A stretch of DNA of 64,000 bases from Candidatus Palauibacter sp. (GTDB lineage: Bacteria > Gemmatimonadota > Gemmatimonadetes > Palauibacterales > Palauibacteraceae). The translations under genes and the position numbers were made by a program. Where the stretch lies: contig NZ_OZ250143.1 in the NCBI RefSeq assembly GCF_965237495.1, forward strand, positions 298,734-362,733, in the 5' to 3' direction. Below the pieces are notes generated by a model. The model saw nothing but the letters and a program-made list of their open reading frames with translations, searched no databases and was not told the origin of the DNA. Shown piece after piece: positions 31,169-41,865 of the stretch (its first letter is position 1; each line of letters starts with the position of its first letter).

Positions 31169-32637
31169 CTTCGGTCGATTTCGTCATCCTCGTCGTGTAT
31201 CTCGGCGGGGTGACGGCGTGGGGCGCGTGGCTGGGGCGGGGCGCGCGCGGCGGTGAGGAGTACTTCCTCGGCCGGCGCGACCTCCCGTGGCTCGTCGTCC
31301 TCCTTTCCGTGGTGGCGACGGAGACGAGTACGCTCACCTTCCTGTCCATCCCCGGCATCGCGTACGGCGGGTCGCTCGCGTTCCTGCAGATCGCGGCCGG
31401 CTACGTGCTCGGGCGCATCGCGGTCGCCGCGTGGCTCCTGCCCGCGTACCACGAGGGGCGGCTGCGGACGGCCTATGAACTGCTGGAGGCGCGCTTCGGT
31501 CCGGAGACCCGGCGCTTCACCTCCGCGCTTTTCATGATCACGCGCCTCCTCGCGGATTCCGTGCGGCTGTTCGCTACGGCGATTCCGCTCACGCTGGTCA
31601 CGGGCTGGCCCCTCGTCACCTCCGTGCTCGTGATCGGGGCGCTCACATTCATCTATACCTTCATCGGCGGCATCCGCGCCGTCGTCTGGGTGGACGCGTC
31701 GCAGATGGTCCTCTATCTGGCCGGCGGGCTCATCGCGCTCGTCGTGCTCGGCCAGGCCGTGCCCGGCGGGTGGCCCGACATCCTCGCCCGCGCGGCGGAG
31801 GCCGGGAAGCTCACCGTGATCGACCCGGCGCTCGACTTCGGGCGGCCCTACACCCTGTGGGCCGGGCTGCTGGGCGGCGCCTTTCTCTCCATGGGCTCCC
31901 ACGGCGTGGACCAACTCATCGTCCAGCGCCTCCTCGCCTGCCGCGATCTCGCCGCGAGCCGCCGCGCCCTCGTCGGCAGCGGCGTCGCCGTCTTCCTCCA
32001 GTTCGCGCTCTTCCTCTTCGTCGGCCTCGGGCTGTGGGCGTGGTACGACGGGGCCGCGTTCGCGCGCTCCGACGAGATCTTCGCCCGCTTCATCGTCGAG
32101 GCGCTCCCGGCCGGCGTCCGCGGCCTCCTCATCGCGTGCGTGTTCGCGGCCGCCATGTCCACGCTCTCCAGTTCGATCAACGCGCTGTCATCGACCACCG
32201 CCTACGACTTCTGGGCGCGGGCCCGGGCCGGGGCGGGGGACCGTGCGAGGGACGGTGCGGACGCGGGGGCGGACGAGCGCCGCATCCTCCGCGTGGGAAA
32301 GATCGCGGCGGCGGTGTGGACCGTCCTCCTCGTGGCGGCGGCCATCGGGTTCATCCCGCTGAGCGAGGAGAGCGCCGCGGTCGAGGTGGCGCTGGGGATC
32401 GCGTCGCTCGTCTACGGGGGGCTGCTGGGGGGCTTCGCGCTCGCCCGCTTCTCGCGGCGGGCCACGAGCGGCTCGGCCCGGCTCGGCATCGCGGTCGGGA
32501 TCGCGTCGGTCACCTGTGTGTGGGTGTTCGCGCGCGCGGCCGTCGCCTGGCCGTGGTTCGTCCTCATCGGGGCGGCGGTCACGGTGGCGGTCGGCCTCCT
32601 CGCTGTGCCGGCGGGCAGCGCAAGGGACACCCGGTAG
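31165..32637 (+). CDS. Sodium:solute symporter family transporter
   Basis: D..I..VY, YFLG.R, SVVATETS, GG.RAVVW.D, DQ..VQR.L, AAAMSTLSS; probable CTG start overlapping the upstream stop. Confidence 0.9.
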   Translation: MTSVDFVILVVYLGGVTAWGAWLGRGARGGEEYFLGRRDLPWLVVLLSVVATETSTLTFLSIPGIAYGGSLAFLQIAAGYVLGRIAVAAWLLPAYHEGRLRTAYELLEARFGPETRRFTSALFMITRLLADSVRLFATAIPLTLVTGWPLVTSVLVIGALTFIYTFIGGIRAVVWVDASQMVLYLAGGLIALVVLGQAVPGGWPDILARAAEAGKLTVIDPALDFGRPYTLWAGLLGGAFLSMGSHGVDQLIVQRLLACRDLAASRRALVGSGVAVFLQFALFLFVGLGLWAWYDGAAFARSDEIFARFIVEALPAGVRGLLIACVFAAAMSTLSSSINALSSTTAYDFWARARAGAGDRARDGADAGADERRILRVGKIAAAVWTVLLVAAAIGFIPLSEESAAVEVALGIASLVYGGLLGGFALARFSRRATSGSARLGIAVGIASVTCVWVFARAAVAWPWFVLIGAAVTVAVGLLAVPAGSARDTR

Positions 32638-32692
32638 GGAATAGACCCGCGCGGGCGGACTTCCGCCGGAGGCTCTGCCGCGGACCGAGGCT

Positions 32693-33058
32693 TCAGCCGA
32701 CGGGGGAGTGGTACCCGGCCGCTCCCGACTCCGAGGCCGCTTCCCGCTCCCCACCGCCGCCGGCGCCAAGTCCTGCCGCGGACTCGCGCTGCCGCAGCGC
32801 AGCCATCTCTTCGGCCACGAGGTTCAACCGCGTCTCGAATCTCTCCAGCCGCCCGCAAATCATTTCGTGCAGCTTGACGAGGCGCAGCCGTACCGTCGTC
32901 AGGTCTTCGCGCAGGTCCGTGGACCGTTCGCCCCAGTGCAGGTCCATCGCGTCGAGCTTGCGATGGATCGCGTCGAACCTGGATTCGAGTGCCTGCCCGA
33001 CCGCTGCGGCCAGCGCCTCTTCCCGCACGTCACTCTGTACATCACTGGTGGTCAACAA
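32693..33058 (-). CDS. Small coiled-coil hypothetical protein (paralog 2)
   Basis: AGGAG RBS before TTG; heptad pattern; similar to the adjacent ORF. Confidence 0.6.
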   Translation of the reverse strand: MLTTSDVQSDVREEALAAAVGQALESRFDAIHRKLDAMDLHWGERSTDLREDLTTVRLRLVKLHEMICGRLERFETRLNLVAEEMAALRQRESAAGLGAGGGGEREAASESGAAGYHSPVG

Positions 33059-33467
33059 TGTTCTTCTCCTGTTCCGAATACCAGCCTCTGCCCCCACCGG
33101 AAGCCTGCCCGGGGTCGGGGTTCCGGGCGAAGCCGCGAACGACGGGGGGCGAAAACGAGGCCAGCCGCACGTCTATCATGTCGATCCGATGGTCAACGAT
33201 GGTCAGCTTTCCTTCCATGTAGGTGCGCAGATTCGCGAAGCTCTCCCGGAGCGTGACCATCTCGTTGCGAAGGTCCGCGAAGCGTTCCTTCCAAGCCGCA
33301 TCCCTGCTCCTGGACTCGTCCTCCATCTCCTTGAATCGGTGTTCCCACTTCGTGTCCAACGCTGCAAATCGGGCGTCAACGGCCTCGAATCGGGGTTCGA
33401 GTACCCGAGCAACCGCGGCGGCCACCGTCTCGTTTCGTGCGTGGCGCGTGAATCTGCGAATCAGCAA
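33042..33467 (-). CDS. Small coiled-coil hypothetical protein (paralog 1)
   Basis: GGAGG RBS before TTG; RFEAVDARFAALD heptads; lower GC than flanks. Confidence 0.65.
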   Translation of the reverse strand: MLIRRFTRHARNETVAAAVARVLEPRFEAVDARFAALDTKWEHRFKEMEDESRSRDAAWKERFADLRNEMVTLRESFANLRTYMEGKLTIVDHRIDMIDVRLASFSPPVVRGFARNPDPGQASGGGRGWYSEQEKNIVDHQ

Positions 33468-33626
33468 CCGTTCCTCCCGGCGCCGGGTAGCGGGTTCCTC
33501 TCGCACGCACGGGCGAGATCCCGGCGGCACAATATAACTCCTCTGGCCCCTCAACGGCGTCTCAGCGGCGCCCGCCGGGAGGCAGAACTGGCGCGCGCGA
33601 GCCGACCTCGCCTACGATCCCCGGCT

Positions 33627-36482
33627 ATGAAAGACACCAACGCCCGTCCTGCCCGGGACGCCAAGTCGCTCATCGTGCGGGGGGCTCGGCAGCACAACCT
33701 CCGCGACGTCAACGTCGAACTGCCGCGCGACCGGCTCATCGTCGTCACCGGGCTGTCCGGGTCCGGGAAGTCGTCGCTCGCCTTCGACACCATCTACGCG
33801 GAGGGGCAGCGCCGCTACGTCGAGTCCCTCTCCGCCTACGCCCGGCAGTTCCTCGGCGTCATGGAGAAGCCCGATGTGGATGTGATCGAGGGACTGTCGC
33901 CCGCGATCGCCATCGAGCAGCGCACCGCCGGCGGCAACCCGCGCTCCACCGTCGGCACCGTCACCGAGATCTACGACTATCTGCGCCTCCTGTGGGCGCG
34001 CGCCGGCACCCCCCACTGTCCCTCGTGCGGCCGCCCCGTGCGCCCCCAGTCGCCGTCGCAGATCGCCGGGCAGATCCTCGGCTGGCCCGCCGGCGCCCGC
34101 ATCGAGGTTCGCGCCCCTCTCGTCAGGGGACGGAAGGGAGAGTTCCGCGAACTGTTCGAGCGCACCCTCAGCGAAGGGTTCGTGCGGGCCCGTGTTAATA
34201 ATGAGTTGATCGACCTCTCCGACCCGCCGCTGCTGGACCGGCGCCGCAACCACCACATCTCCGTGGTCGTGGACCGGCTCACGGTGCGCGCCTCCGACCG
34301 CGAGCGGCTGGCCGACTCCGTGGCCACCGCCCTCCGCATGGCCGACGGCGTCGTGGAGGTGGCCCTCTACGGCGCCGGCGCCGGCCCGGCCACCAAAGCC
34401 GACGCAGACGCCGACGCGGACGGCGCCGCGGACGCCCACCTGTTCTCGGAGCGGTACGCCTGCCCGGGCTGCGGGCTGGGGATTCCCGAACTGGAGCCGC
34501 GGCAGTTCTCCTTCAACTCTCCCTTCGGGGCGTGTCCCGAGTGCGACGGGCTCGGCTCGCAGCGCGTGCCCAACGCGGACCTCATCATCGGGGGGGACCA
34601 GATCTCCGTCCTCGAGGGGGTCCTGCTTCCCATGGGGGCGCCGAGCGGCAGCGTCCGCCGCCACCGCCTGCCCCGGCTCGCGCGCAAGATGGGGTTCGAC
34701 CTCAACACCCCGTGGGGGGCACTCGACGACGACCAGAAGCAGGCGATCCTGTACGGCGACACGGACGTCGGCTGGGAGGGCGCGATCGCCGCCACCCTGC
34801 GCCGCTACCACGACACGACGAGCGAACGCGTGCGCCTCGCGCTCGAGGAGTACATGACGCTCTCGACCTGCCGCGCCTGCGACGGCGGCCGGCTCAGGCC
34901 CGAGAGCCGGGCCGTGACGATCGACGGCGTCTCCCTCCCGGCGCTCACCGCGAAGTCCGTGGCCGAACTCCGCCCCTTCCTGCGCGACTGGCTCGAGAGC
35001 GCGCGACAGGCCGCCGGCCAGACGGCCGAGATCCGCGTCCCCATCCTCAAGGAGGTCGTCGACCGCCTCGAGTTCCTCGACCACGTCGGCCTCGGCTACC
35101 TCGCCCTGTCGCGTTCGGCCGGCACCCTGTCGGGCGGCGAGGCCCAGCGCATCCGTCTCGCGACCCAGATCGGGAGCCGCCTCGTCGGCGTCCTCTACGT
35201 CCTCGACGAGCCCAGCATCGGCCTCCACCCGCGCGACAACGAGAAGCTGCTCGGGACGCTCGCCGCTCTGCGCGACCTCGGGAACACCGTCCTCGTGGTG
35301 GAGCACGACGAACTCACCATCCGCCGCGCCGACCACATCGTCGACATGGGGCCCAGGGCCGGGCGCGAGGGCGGGGAAGTCCTCGTCTCCGGCAGCCTCG
35401 ACGACCTCCTGGCCAGCGAGCGCTCCCTCACCGCCGCCTACCTGAACGGCGAGCGCGAGATCCCGGTCCCCGAGACCCGCCGCGAGCCGCGCCAGGGGTG
35501 GCTCACCGTGCGCGGGGCCCGCGAGCACAACCTGTGCGGGATCGACGTCGGCTTCCCGCTCGGGCTCTTCATCTGCGTCACCGGCGTGTCCGGCTCCGGC
35601 AAGTCCACCCTCGTCGAGGAGATCCTGTACCGCCGCCTGGCGCGCGAGATCTACCGCTCGAAGCTCGTCCCGGGCGCGCACGACGCGGTCGAGGGAATCG
35701 AACTTCTCGACAAGGTGATCGACGTCGACCAGAGCCCCATCGGCCGCACCCCGCGCTCCAACCCCGCCACCTACACCGGCCTCTTCACCCCCATCCGCGA
35801 CCTGTTCGCGCGGCTGCCCGAATCGAACATCCGCGGCTACGCGCCGGGGCGGTTCTCCTTTAATATAAAGGGGGGGCGCTGCGAACCCTGCCGCGGCGAC
35901 GGCCTCGTGAAGATCGAGATGCACTTCCTGCCCGATGTGTACGTCCCCTGCGACATCTGCCGCGGCCGGCGCTACAACCGCGAGACGCTCGAGGTCCTGT
36001 ACCGCGGCCGCAGCATCGCCGACGTGCTCGCCATGAGCGTGGACGAGGCGCTCGAGTTCTTCGACGCCGTGCCCTCGGTGAAGCGCCGCCTCGTCACCCT
36101 CTCCGACGTGGGCCTCGGCTACGTCACGCTGGGCCAGCCCGCCACCACGCTGTCCGGCGGCGAGGCGCAGCGCGTGAAGCTCGCGACCGAACTCGCGAAG
36201 ACGAGCACCGGGCGCACCGTCTACATCCTCGACGAGCCCACGACCGGCCTCCACTTCGAGGATGTGCGGCTCCTGCTCGGCGTCCTCCACCGCCTGGCGG
36301 ACCGCGGGAACACGATCATCGTCATCGAGCACCACATGGATGTCGTGAAGACGGCCGACTGGGTCATCGACATGGGCCCGGAGGGGGGCGCGGGAGGCGG
36401 CCTCGTCGTGGTCGCCGGCCCCCCCGAACTCGTCGCCGCCACCCCCGGCAGCCACACGGGCGCGCACCTCTCTTCTCTGTAG
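33627..36482 (+). CDS. uvrA: Excinuclease ABC subunit A
   Basis: [30 protein letters not shown], two [11 protein letters not shown] signatures, Zn fingers. Confidence 0.97.
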   Translation: MKDTNARPARDAKSLIVRGARQHNLRDVNVELPRDRLIVVTGLSGSGKSSLAFDTIYAEGQRRYVESLSAYARQFLGVMEKPDVDVIEGLSPAIAIEQRTAGGNPRSTVGTVTEIYDYLRLLWARAGTPHCPSCGRPVRPQSPSQIAGQILGWPAGARIEVRAPLVRGRKGEFRELFERTLSEGFVRARVNNELIDLSDPPLLDRRRNHHISVVVDRLTVRASDRERLADSVATALRMADGVVEVALYGAGAGPATKADADADADGAADAHLFSERYACPGCGLGIPELEPRQFSFNSPFGACPECDGLGSQRVPNADLIIGGDQISVLEGVLLPMGAPSGSVRRHRLPRLARKMGFDLNTPWGALDDDQKQAILYGDTDVGWEGAIAATLRRYHDTTSERVRLALEEYMTLSTCRACDGGRLRPESRAVTIDGVSLPALTAKSVAELRPFLRDWLESARQAAGQTAEIRVPILKEVVDRLEFLDHVGLGYLALSRSAGTLSGGEAQRIRLATQIGSRLVGVLYVLDEPSIGLHPRDNEKLLGTLAALRDLGNTVLVVEHDELTIRRADHIVDMGPRAGREGGEVLVSGSLDDLLASERSLTAAYLNGEREIPVPETRREPRQGWLTVRGAREHNLCGIDVGFPLGLFICVTGVSGSGKSTLVEEILYRRLAREIYRSKLVPGAHDAVEGIELLDKVIDVDQSPIGRTPRSNPATYTGLFTPIRDLFARLPESNIRGYAPGRFSFNIKGGRCEPCRGDGLVKIEMHFLPDVYVPCDICRGRRYNRETLEVLYRGRSIADVLAMSVDEALEFFDAVPSVKRRLVTLSDVGLGYVTLGQPATTLSGGEAQRVKLATELAKTSTGRTVYILDEPTTGLHFEDVRLLLGVLHRLADRGNTIIVIEHHMDVVKTADWVIDMGPEGGAGGGLVVVAGPPELVAATPGSHTGAHLSSL

Positions 36483-36806
36483 GCCCTCCGGGGACGCCCG
36501 ACCTCTTCACGGAACAGTCCGGACATATCCCCCAATATGGGAGGCTCCAGCTCGGGGAGCGTCGGATATTTTCGCTCGACAAAGTGGAGGGGACGAAGCT
36601 CTTGAGTACCCTTTGCTCGGGCTGTACGAGCCCATATTCCACCCCATTTGGGAGGCGCGCCTGTCTATGGCCGCCGGTATTCTTCCTCGGCCCTGTACGG
36701 GCTGGGGTGGGGTGTGTCGTGGAATCGTACGCCGAAACCGACGACGGTCGTCGGCACCGAGCGTCAAGAGTCACCACTCCGGGACTTCCTTCCAAGGAGG
36801 AGCTGA

Positions 36807-39800
36807 ATGAAGAAGGTTACGAAAGGCCTGTTGACGACAGGGGTTATCGCCTTGATCATCGGCGCCTGCGGAGACACCGTCGAGGTGATCACTCCGGAGC
36901 CGCCGCCGCCGGCGCCGCCCCCCCCCCCCATCGTATTTCCACCGCCGCCGCCACCACCGCCGCCGCCACCGCCGCCGCCCAACAGGGCGCCAGTGGCCGT
37001 CGGCTCGATTCCGGCCATCGCCGTCGATGCGGGTGCAACCGCTTCGCTCGACGTGGCCGGCTACTTCAGCGACGCGGATGGCGACGCGCTCACCTTCTCC
37101 GCCGGGTCCTCGAACGACGCCGCCGCGACCGTGAGCATGGACGGTTCGTCGGCGACGATCACCGGCGTGGCCGACGGGACCGCGGCCGTGACTTTCACGG
37201 CACGCGACCCGGACGGCGCGGCCGCCGCGCAGAACGTCAGCGTGACGGTCGGTGACGGCGTGGCCGGGAACCGGCCGCCCACCGCGGTGAATACGATTCC
37301 CGCGTACAGCGTCGATGTCGGCGGGGCGGTCCAGGTCAACCTGGCACCCTACTTCAGCGATGCGGACGGCGACGATCTCACCTACGCCGCCGCCTCGTCG
37401 AACGAAGATGCGGCGACCACTTCGGTGGACGGCGCCGTCACGACGATCAGCGGCGTTGCCGATGGGATGGCGGTCGTGACGGTCACGGCCAGCGATCCGG
37501 ACGGTGCGAGCGCCTCGCAGACCATCAGCGTGACGGTCGGCGACGGCGACAGCTCGAACACCCCGCCGGTCGCCCAGGGCACGATTCCCGACCACTCCGT
37601 GGCCGCCGGCGGGACGCTCAACGTCGACGTGACGGGGTACTTCAGCGACGCGGACGGCGACGAACTCACCTACATGGCTTCGAGTTCGAACGCCGACGTG
37701 GCCACGGCCACCAACGACGGGGCCACGGTCACGATCAGCGGCGTCGGCGGCGGCCGGGCCGTGATCACCGTGACGGCGAGCGACGGCGAGGCCACGGTTG
37801 CACAGGGCTTCAGCGTGACCGTCGAAGCGGCGCCGGTGAACTCCGCGCCCAGCGCCGTCGGGACCATTCCGAGCCACTCCGTTGGTGTGGGCGGAACGGT
37901 CACCGTTGACGCGGCGGGCTACTTCAGCGATGCCGACGGCGACGAACTCAGCTACACGGTCGCGAGTTCGAACGCCGACGTGGCCACGGCCACCGCCGAT
38001 GGGTCCACGGTGACGATCAGCGGCGTGGCCGCCGGCAGTGCCGTGATCACCGTGACGGCGAGCGACGGCGAGGCCTCGGCGGTGCAGGGCTTCGGCGTGG
38101 CCGTCGAAGCGGCGCCCACGAACAGCGCGCCCACGGCCGTGGGCACGATTCCCGCCCACAGCATCAACCTCGGCGGCACGGCCACGGTCGACGTGGCGGG
38201 CTACTTCAGCGACGCCGATGGGGATGAACTCACCTACAGCGGCTCGAGTTCCAGCCCCGAGGTCGCGACCGTCTCGATGGAAGGTTCGACCGCGACGATC
38301 ACGGCCGTTGCCGTCGGCGGCGCCGTGGTCACGGTCACGGCGAGCGACGGGTCCGCGTCGGCTTCGCAGGGCTTCAACGTCTCCGTCTCCGATCCCTCCG
38401 GGAAGGCGGCTACGGTCGCGATCTTCGGTCTGCGGAGCGTCACCGACCGGAGCACGGCGGTGGATCCGACGAACGTGTCCGGCGACGTCACCGTGCTGCT
38501 CGACGTGCAGCCGAACGACGACACGATCGCCGGCATCGCGCTGACGCTGGGCGAAGAGGTGATCCACTGCCGCGGGACCTCCAGCGACCAGGGCGGGTTT
38601 ATCGCGGCAGCCAGCGGCCAGCTCGAGGTCGAGTGCCTGTTCAAGACGGCCTCGGTGATGGGCGAGTGCGCCGGTGCGCAGCTGGCGCCGTTGTACGCCA
38701 ACGGCGATCACACTCTGGGCGCGCGTGTCACGACCGCTGATGGCGAGACGCGCGAGGCGATCGTCACGCAGCCGATCACGCTCAAGAACACCGGGTTCGT
38801 GATGGTCGAACACAGCGCCGGCAGCACGTCCGCGGTCGTGTCCGGCGTCACCTACCACGGCGGTCCGGTCGACGAGGACGACGACAGCAACCAGAACACG
38901 TTCCACGCCTGCCCGGTGTCGTACGACGGCACGACGGTCGGCGAGCTCTCGCTGACGACGATGCTCACCGGCCCGGACGCGGCCGCCATCGACTCGACGG
39001 TCGCGGACTCGACGCGGGGGGCGACCCTGGTCATCACCAAGGAGATGGACGCGTTCACCTGGAACGTCGACCCGGCCAAGAACAAGGGCGTGGAGAACAG
39101 GGCCGGCAAGGACGAGCACTGGGTCATCAACAGCGGCGACATCAAGGACGATGGCGATCTGCTGGTGACGTCGAAGTTCAGGGGCGAGGAAGAGGCGAGG
39201 GTCGGCCCGCTCTACTTCGACTTCAAGGCGCCCACGTGGACGCATGATCCGGACGAAGACGCGCCGCGGGAGATCCTGGTCAAGACGAGTGCCGCGGCCG
39301 CGGCGTCCGTAGGGGCCACCTACTACAACAGCGGCGCCTTGAGCGTACGCGGCCTGACGGACGGCGGCGTCGGCAAGGCAGGGGCGACCATCGCGGTGGG
39401 CGACTGCGGCCTCGAGGCCAACAGCGACAGCCTCAAGAGCACGGCCTTCATGCCGGCGGCGGGGCTGGAGGCGGTCAGCAACATGGCCGAGCTGCCCGAG
39501 GAGGACCGCACCAAGGACTTCGCCGATGACAAGGGCCTGAACTGCTATACGGCCGAGGTGACCGGGATCGCCGACGGACTCGGGAACGAAGCCACGCTTC
39601 CGGGCACACCCATCGGCACGGCGGCCTACTTCGGCGTCGACAAGGGCGCGCCGGTCGTGACCGACGTGGAGCCCGACGCGCCAGCGGTCCTCAAGCGTAA
39701 CTCAATACTGTCGTTCGAGACCGAAGATCCCGATCTGGCGACGGGCGAATCCGGTTCGGGCATCTGGGCCACCCGCTGGTACCTCGGCGCTACGTACAAG

Positions 39801-41561
39801 GGCGCGTTCGGCGGCTCGGCAGCCAGCCTTGCCGGCAGCACTTTGGGGTTGACGAAGGACGGTGCCTACCGCGTGACCGCGTTCTCGGAGGACAACTCCA
39901 GTCCCGGGAACAGGACTCGGGTCAACTACAGCTTCACGCGGGACACCAAGGCGCCGACCTTTACGGTCAGCAAGTCGCAGTCGAACATCGGCAACACGCA
40001 GGCCACGAGGGTCACCGTCAGCGTCGGCGGCACGATCTCCGATGCGAACGGGATCGACAGGGCGGAACTCAGCATCCGCTCCAAGGCAAGCGGCAGCTGC
40101 CCGCAGGCGGATGACGACGATCTCAATCTCGCCGCGACCCGCGTGACGGGGAACAAGCGGGATCTGTCGGACGACGGTTCGAAGGCGATCACGTTCGACG
40201 AGACGTTCACCCTGAGCGCTCCGGCCGCCGGTGTCGCCGTGCCTGAGGTTCTCTGCTTCTTCCTCATCACGGAAGATGTCGCCACGGACGAGGAAGGCGA
40301 CGGCCCCGGGAACCGCGCGACGTTGGAGGTCGGCTCGTTCACCGTCGGCTGGCCGGATCCGGGCCCGACCTTCAAGGTCGGCGCGGACAACCTCGGGGGC
40401 AGTCCTCTGGCGCAGGGTGCAACCATCACGGCTGAGGCGCCGTTGCGGGTGACCGAGGGCGCCGCCGGTTCCCGGTTCCTGTTCACGCTGAGTTCTACTT
40501 CGAATTCAGCCGTGACGTTCAGCCTCAGCGGGCCGCCGTCCGTGACGTTCACTCCCGCTACGGCCACCGTCACTGCCGGTCAGGAGGTGTCGGAGCCGGT
40601 GACCGTGACGGCGCACCACGACCGGAATGTGACTTCCGACAAGGCCGTGATTACGGCGACCGCCGCGTCGGTCGACGACAACTGGGCCGGCAAGACGCAC
40701 ACGGTCCCGGTGCTGGCGGTCGATGACGACTACACGATGAGTGTGGTGATCAAAGACCGCGGCGGTGACAATAGATTCAACGGGGTGACCGAGAAGTCGC
40801 CCTTCGACGACGGGGCCGCGGTTGCGAGGTGGGTGACGATCAGGATCACGGCGCCGGAGGGTGGAATGCCCCAAACCGACCCGATCGTGCTGACCGGGTC
40901 GTCGGCGACGGGCGACTTCGCCTTCAGTGCTCCGACCTGGGCTATCTATGGAACCTCTCCGGATCCGTACCTGAGCACCGCGGCCGTAGTCCTCACAGTC
41001 GACGCGGCGGAGTACCCCTTCCTTCCCGCGGGAGCGACGGAGGCCGACGTGTGGCTCATCGCCAACGACGACCTGGAGGACGAAGAGGCCGAGTTCATCC
41101 AGATCGGTGCAGATCCGCAGGGTGAGGTCAATCGGATCGAGCCCGTGATGGTCAGGATCGATGACGCCGATCCGGATGTCACGCTCTCCATCGGCAACGT
41201 GAGTGAGGGCGCCGACGGGGTGACCATGACGGTGACGGCCACGGCTGGGGGCCCGATGCCCGGAATCTTCGATCTCCCGGCGGCTCGCTGGGCGCTGGTA
41301 GACGAAGGCGGAGCTCTCGCCACCGCCGGCTATGTTTTCACAGCCTCCGGACCGCTGACCATCGACCGCAACCAGATGTCGGGAACGGTGACCGTGACGG
41401 TGACCGCGCCCGAGGATGCGGACACGGACAACGAGATGCTCAAGATCGGTCTCACGACGACTCAGGCCGTGGAACTGACCGATGCCACAGATGTCAGCGT
41501 CTCGGTCGGCATGCTCGATCTCACGGTTACGGACAACGACGAAGAGAACGGAGGCGGCTGA
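36807..41561 (+). CDS. Giant surface lipoprotein, copy A (poly-Pro linker, five cadherin/Ig-like repeats, variable C-terminal beta domains)
   Basis: AGGAGG RBS, lipobox IIGAC, five N.AP.AVG.IP...YFSDADGD.L repeats. Confidence 0.88.
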   Translation: MKKVTKGLLTTGVIALIIGACGDTVEVITPEPPPPAPPPPPIVFPPPPPPPPPPPPPPNRAPVAVGSIPAIAVDAGATASLDVAGYFSDADGDALTFSAGSSNDAAATVSMDGSSATITGVADGTAAVTFTARDPDGAAAAQNVSVTVGDGVAGNRPPTAVNTIPAYSVDVGGAVQVNLAPYFSDADGDDLTYAAASSNEDAATTSVDGAVTTISGVADGMAVVTVTASDPDGASASQTISVTVGDGDSSNTPPVAQGTIPDHSVAAGGTLNVDVTGYFSDADGDELTYMASSSNADVATATNDGATVTISGVGGGRAVITVTASDGEATVAQGFSVTVEAAPVNSAPSAVGTIPSHSVGVGGTVTVDAAGYFSDADGDELSYTVASSNADVATATADGSTVTISGVAAGSAVITVTASDGEASAVQGFGVAVEAAPTNSAPTAVGTIPAHSINLGGTATVDVAGYFSDADGDELTYSGSSSSPEVATVSMEGSTATITAVAVGGAVVTVTASDGSASASQGFNVSVSDPSGKAATVAIFGLRSVTDRSTAVDPTNVSGDVTVLLDVQPNDDTIAGIALTLGEEVIHCRGTSSDQGGFIAAASGQLEVECLFKTASVMGECAGAQLAPLYANGDHTLGARVTTADGETREAIVTQPITLKNTGFVMVEHSAGSTSAVVSGVTYHGGPVDEDDDSNQNTFHACPVSYDGTTVGELSLTTMLTGPDAAAIDSTVADSTRGATLVITKEMDAFTWNVDPAKNKGVENRAGKDEHWVINSGDIKDDGDLLVTSKFRGEEEARVGPLYFDFKAPTWTHDPDEDAPREILVKTSAAAAASVGATYYNSGALSVRGLTDGGVGKAGATIAVGDCGLEANSDSLKSTAFMPAAGLEAVSNMAELPEEDRTKDFADDKGLNCYTAEVTGIADGLGNEATLPGTPIGTAAYFGVDKGAPVVTDVEPDAPAVLKRNSILSFETEDPDLATGESGSGIWATRWYLGATYKGAFGGSAASLAGSTLGLTKDGAYRVTAFSEDNSSPGNRTRVNYSFTRDTKAPTFTVSKSQSNIGNTQATRVTVSVGGTISDANGIDRAELSIRSKASGSCPQADDDDLNLAATRVTGNKRDLSDDGSKAITFDETFTLSAPAAGVAVPEVLCFFLITEDVATDEEGDGPGNRATLEVGSFTVGWPDPGPTFKVGADNLGGSPLAQGATITAEAPLRVTEGAAGSRFLFTLSSTSNSAVTFSLSGPPSVTFTPATATVTAGQEVSEPVTVTAHHDRNVTSDKAVITATAASVDDNWAGKTHTVPVLAVDDDYTMSVVIKDRGGDNRFNGVTEKSPFDDGAAVARWVTIRITAPEGGMPQTDPIVLTGSSATGDFAFSAPTWAIYGTSPDPYLSTAAVVLTVDAAEYPFLPAGATEADVWLIANDDLEDEEAEFIQIGADPQGEVNRIEPVMVRIDDADPDVTLSIGNVSEGADGVTMTVTATAGGPMPGIFDLPAARWALVDEGGALATAGYVFTASGPLTIDRNQMSGTVTVTVTAPEDADTDNEMLKIGLTTTQAVELTDATDVSVSVGMLDLTVTDNDEENGGG

Positions 41562-41602
41562 TCGCAGGTCGGCCATTCCGGCCACCGTTACCACAGCAGG
41601 AG

Positions 41603-41638
41603 GAGAGGGCCCCGCGAGTTCGCGGGGCCCTTTCTTTT
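41603..41638 (+). terminator. Rho-independent terminator
   Basis: GGGCCCCGCGA-GT-TCGCGGGGCCC followed by TTTCTTTT. Confidence 0.9.
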
Positions 41639-41865
41639 GGCTGGGGGCTTGCGGCGGGTGCGCCCTCGAGAGCCCGGTCACCCTGGCCAGGTAGGCCCGA
41701 GTGCGTATCTGGAGAGAAACGCCTTCCGGGACAGTACCCCCTTATTGGGGGGCGCAGTCCCTTCCTTCCCCACTCTATCATGAATTTAGTCTCTTGCATC
41801 CCAATCTCCAGTTCGAGTTCGCGCGCGGAGACATCTCGCCAACCTCGACGACGAGAACAACTGTG

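Noticed and set aside
31770-33626. Apparent 620-aa N-terminal extension of UvrA
   Set aside because: Stop-free frame running across the SSS gene and two minus-strand ORFs; UvrA homology starts at ATG 33627
33468-33626. SOS box upstream of uvrA
   Set aside because: No recognisable LexA motif, and the GTTCCCGCGGGAAC palindrome is absent here and upstream of ruvCAB
36899-36980. C-rich tracts as phase-variation switches
   Set aside because: They encode in-frame poly-Pro linkers in both paralogs; slippage is possible but there is no evidence for it here
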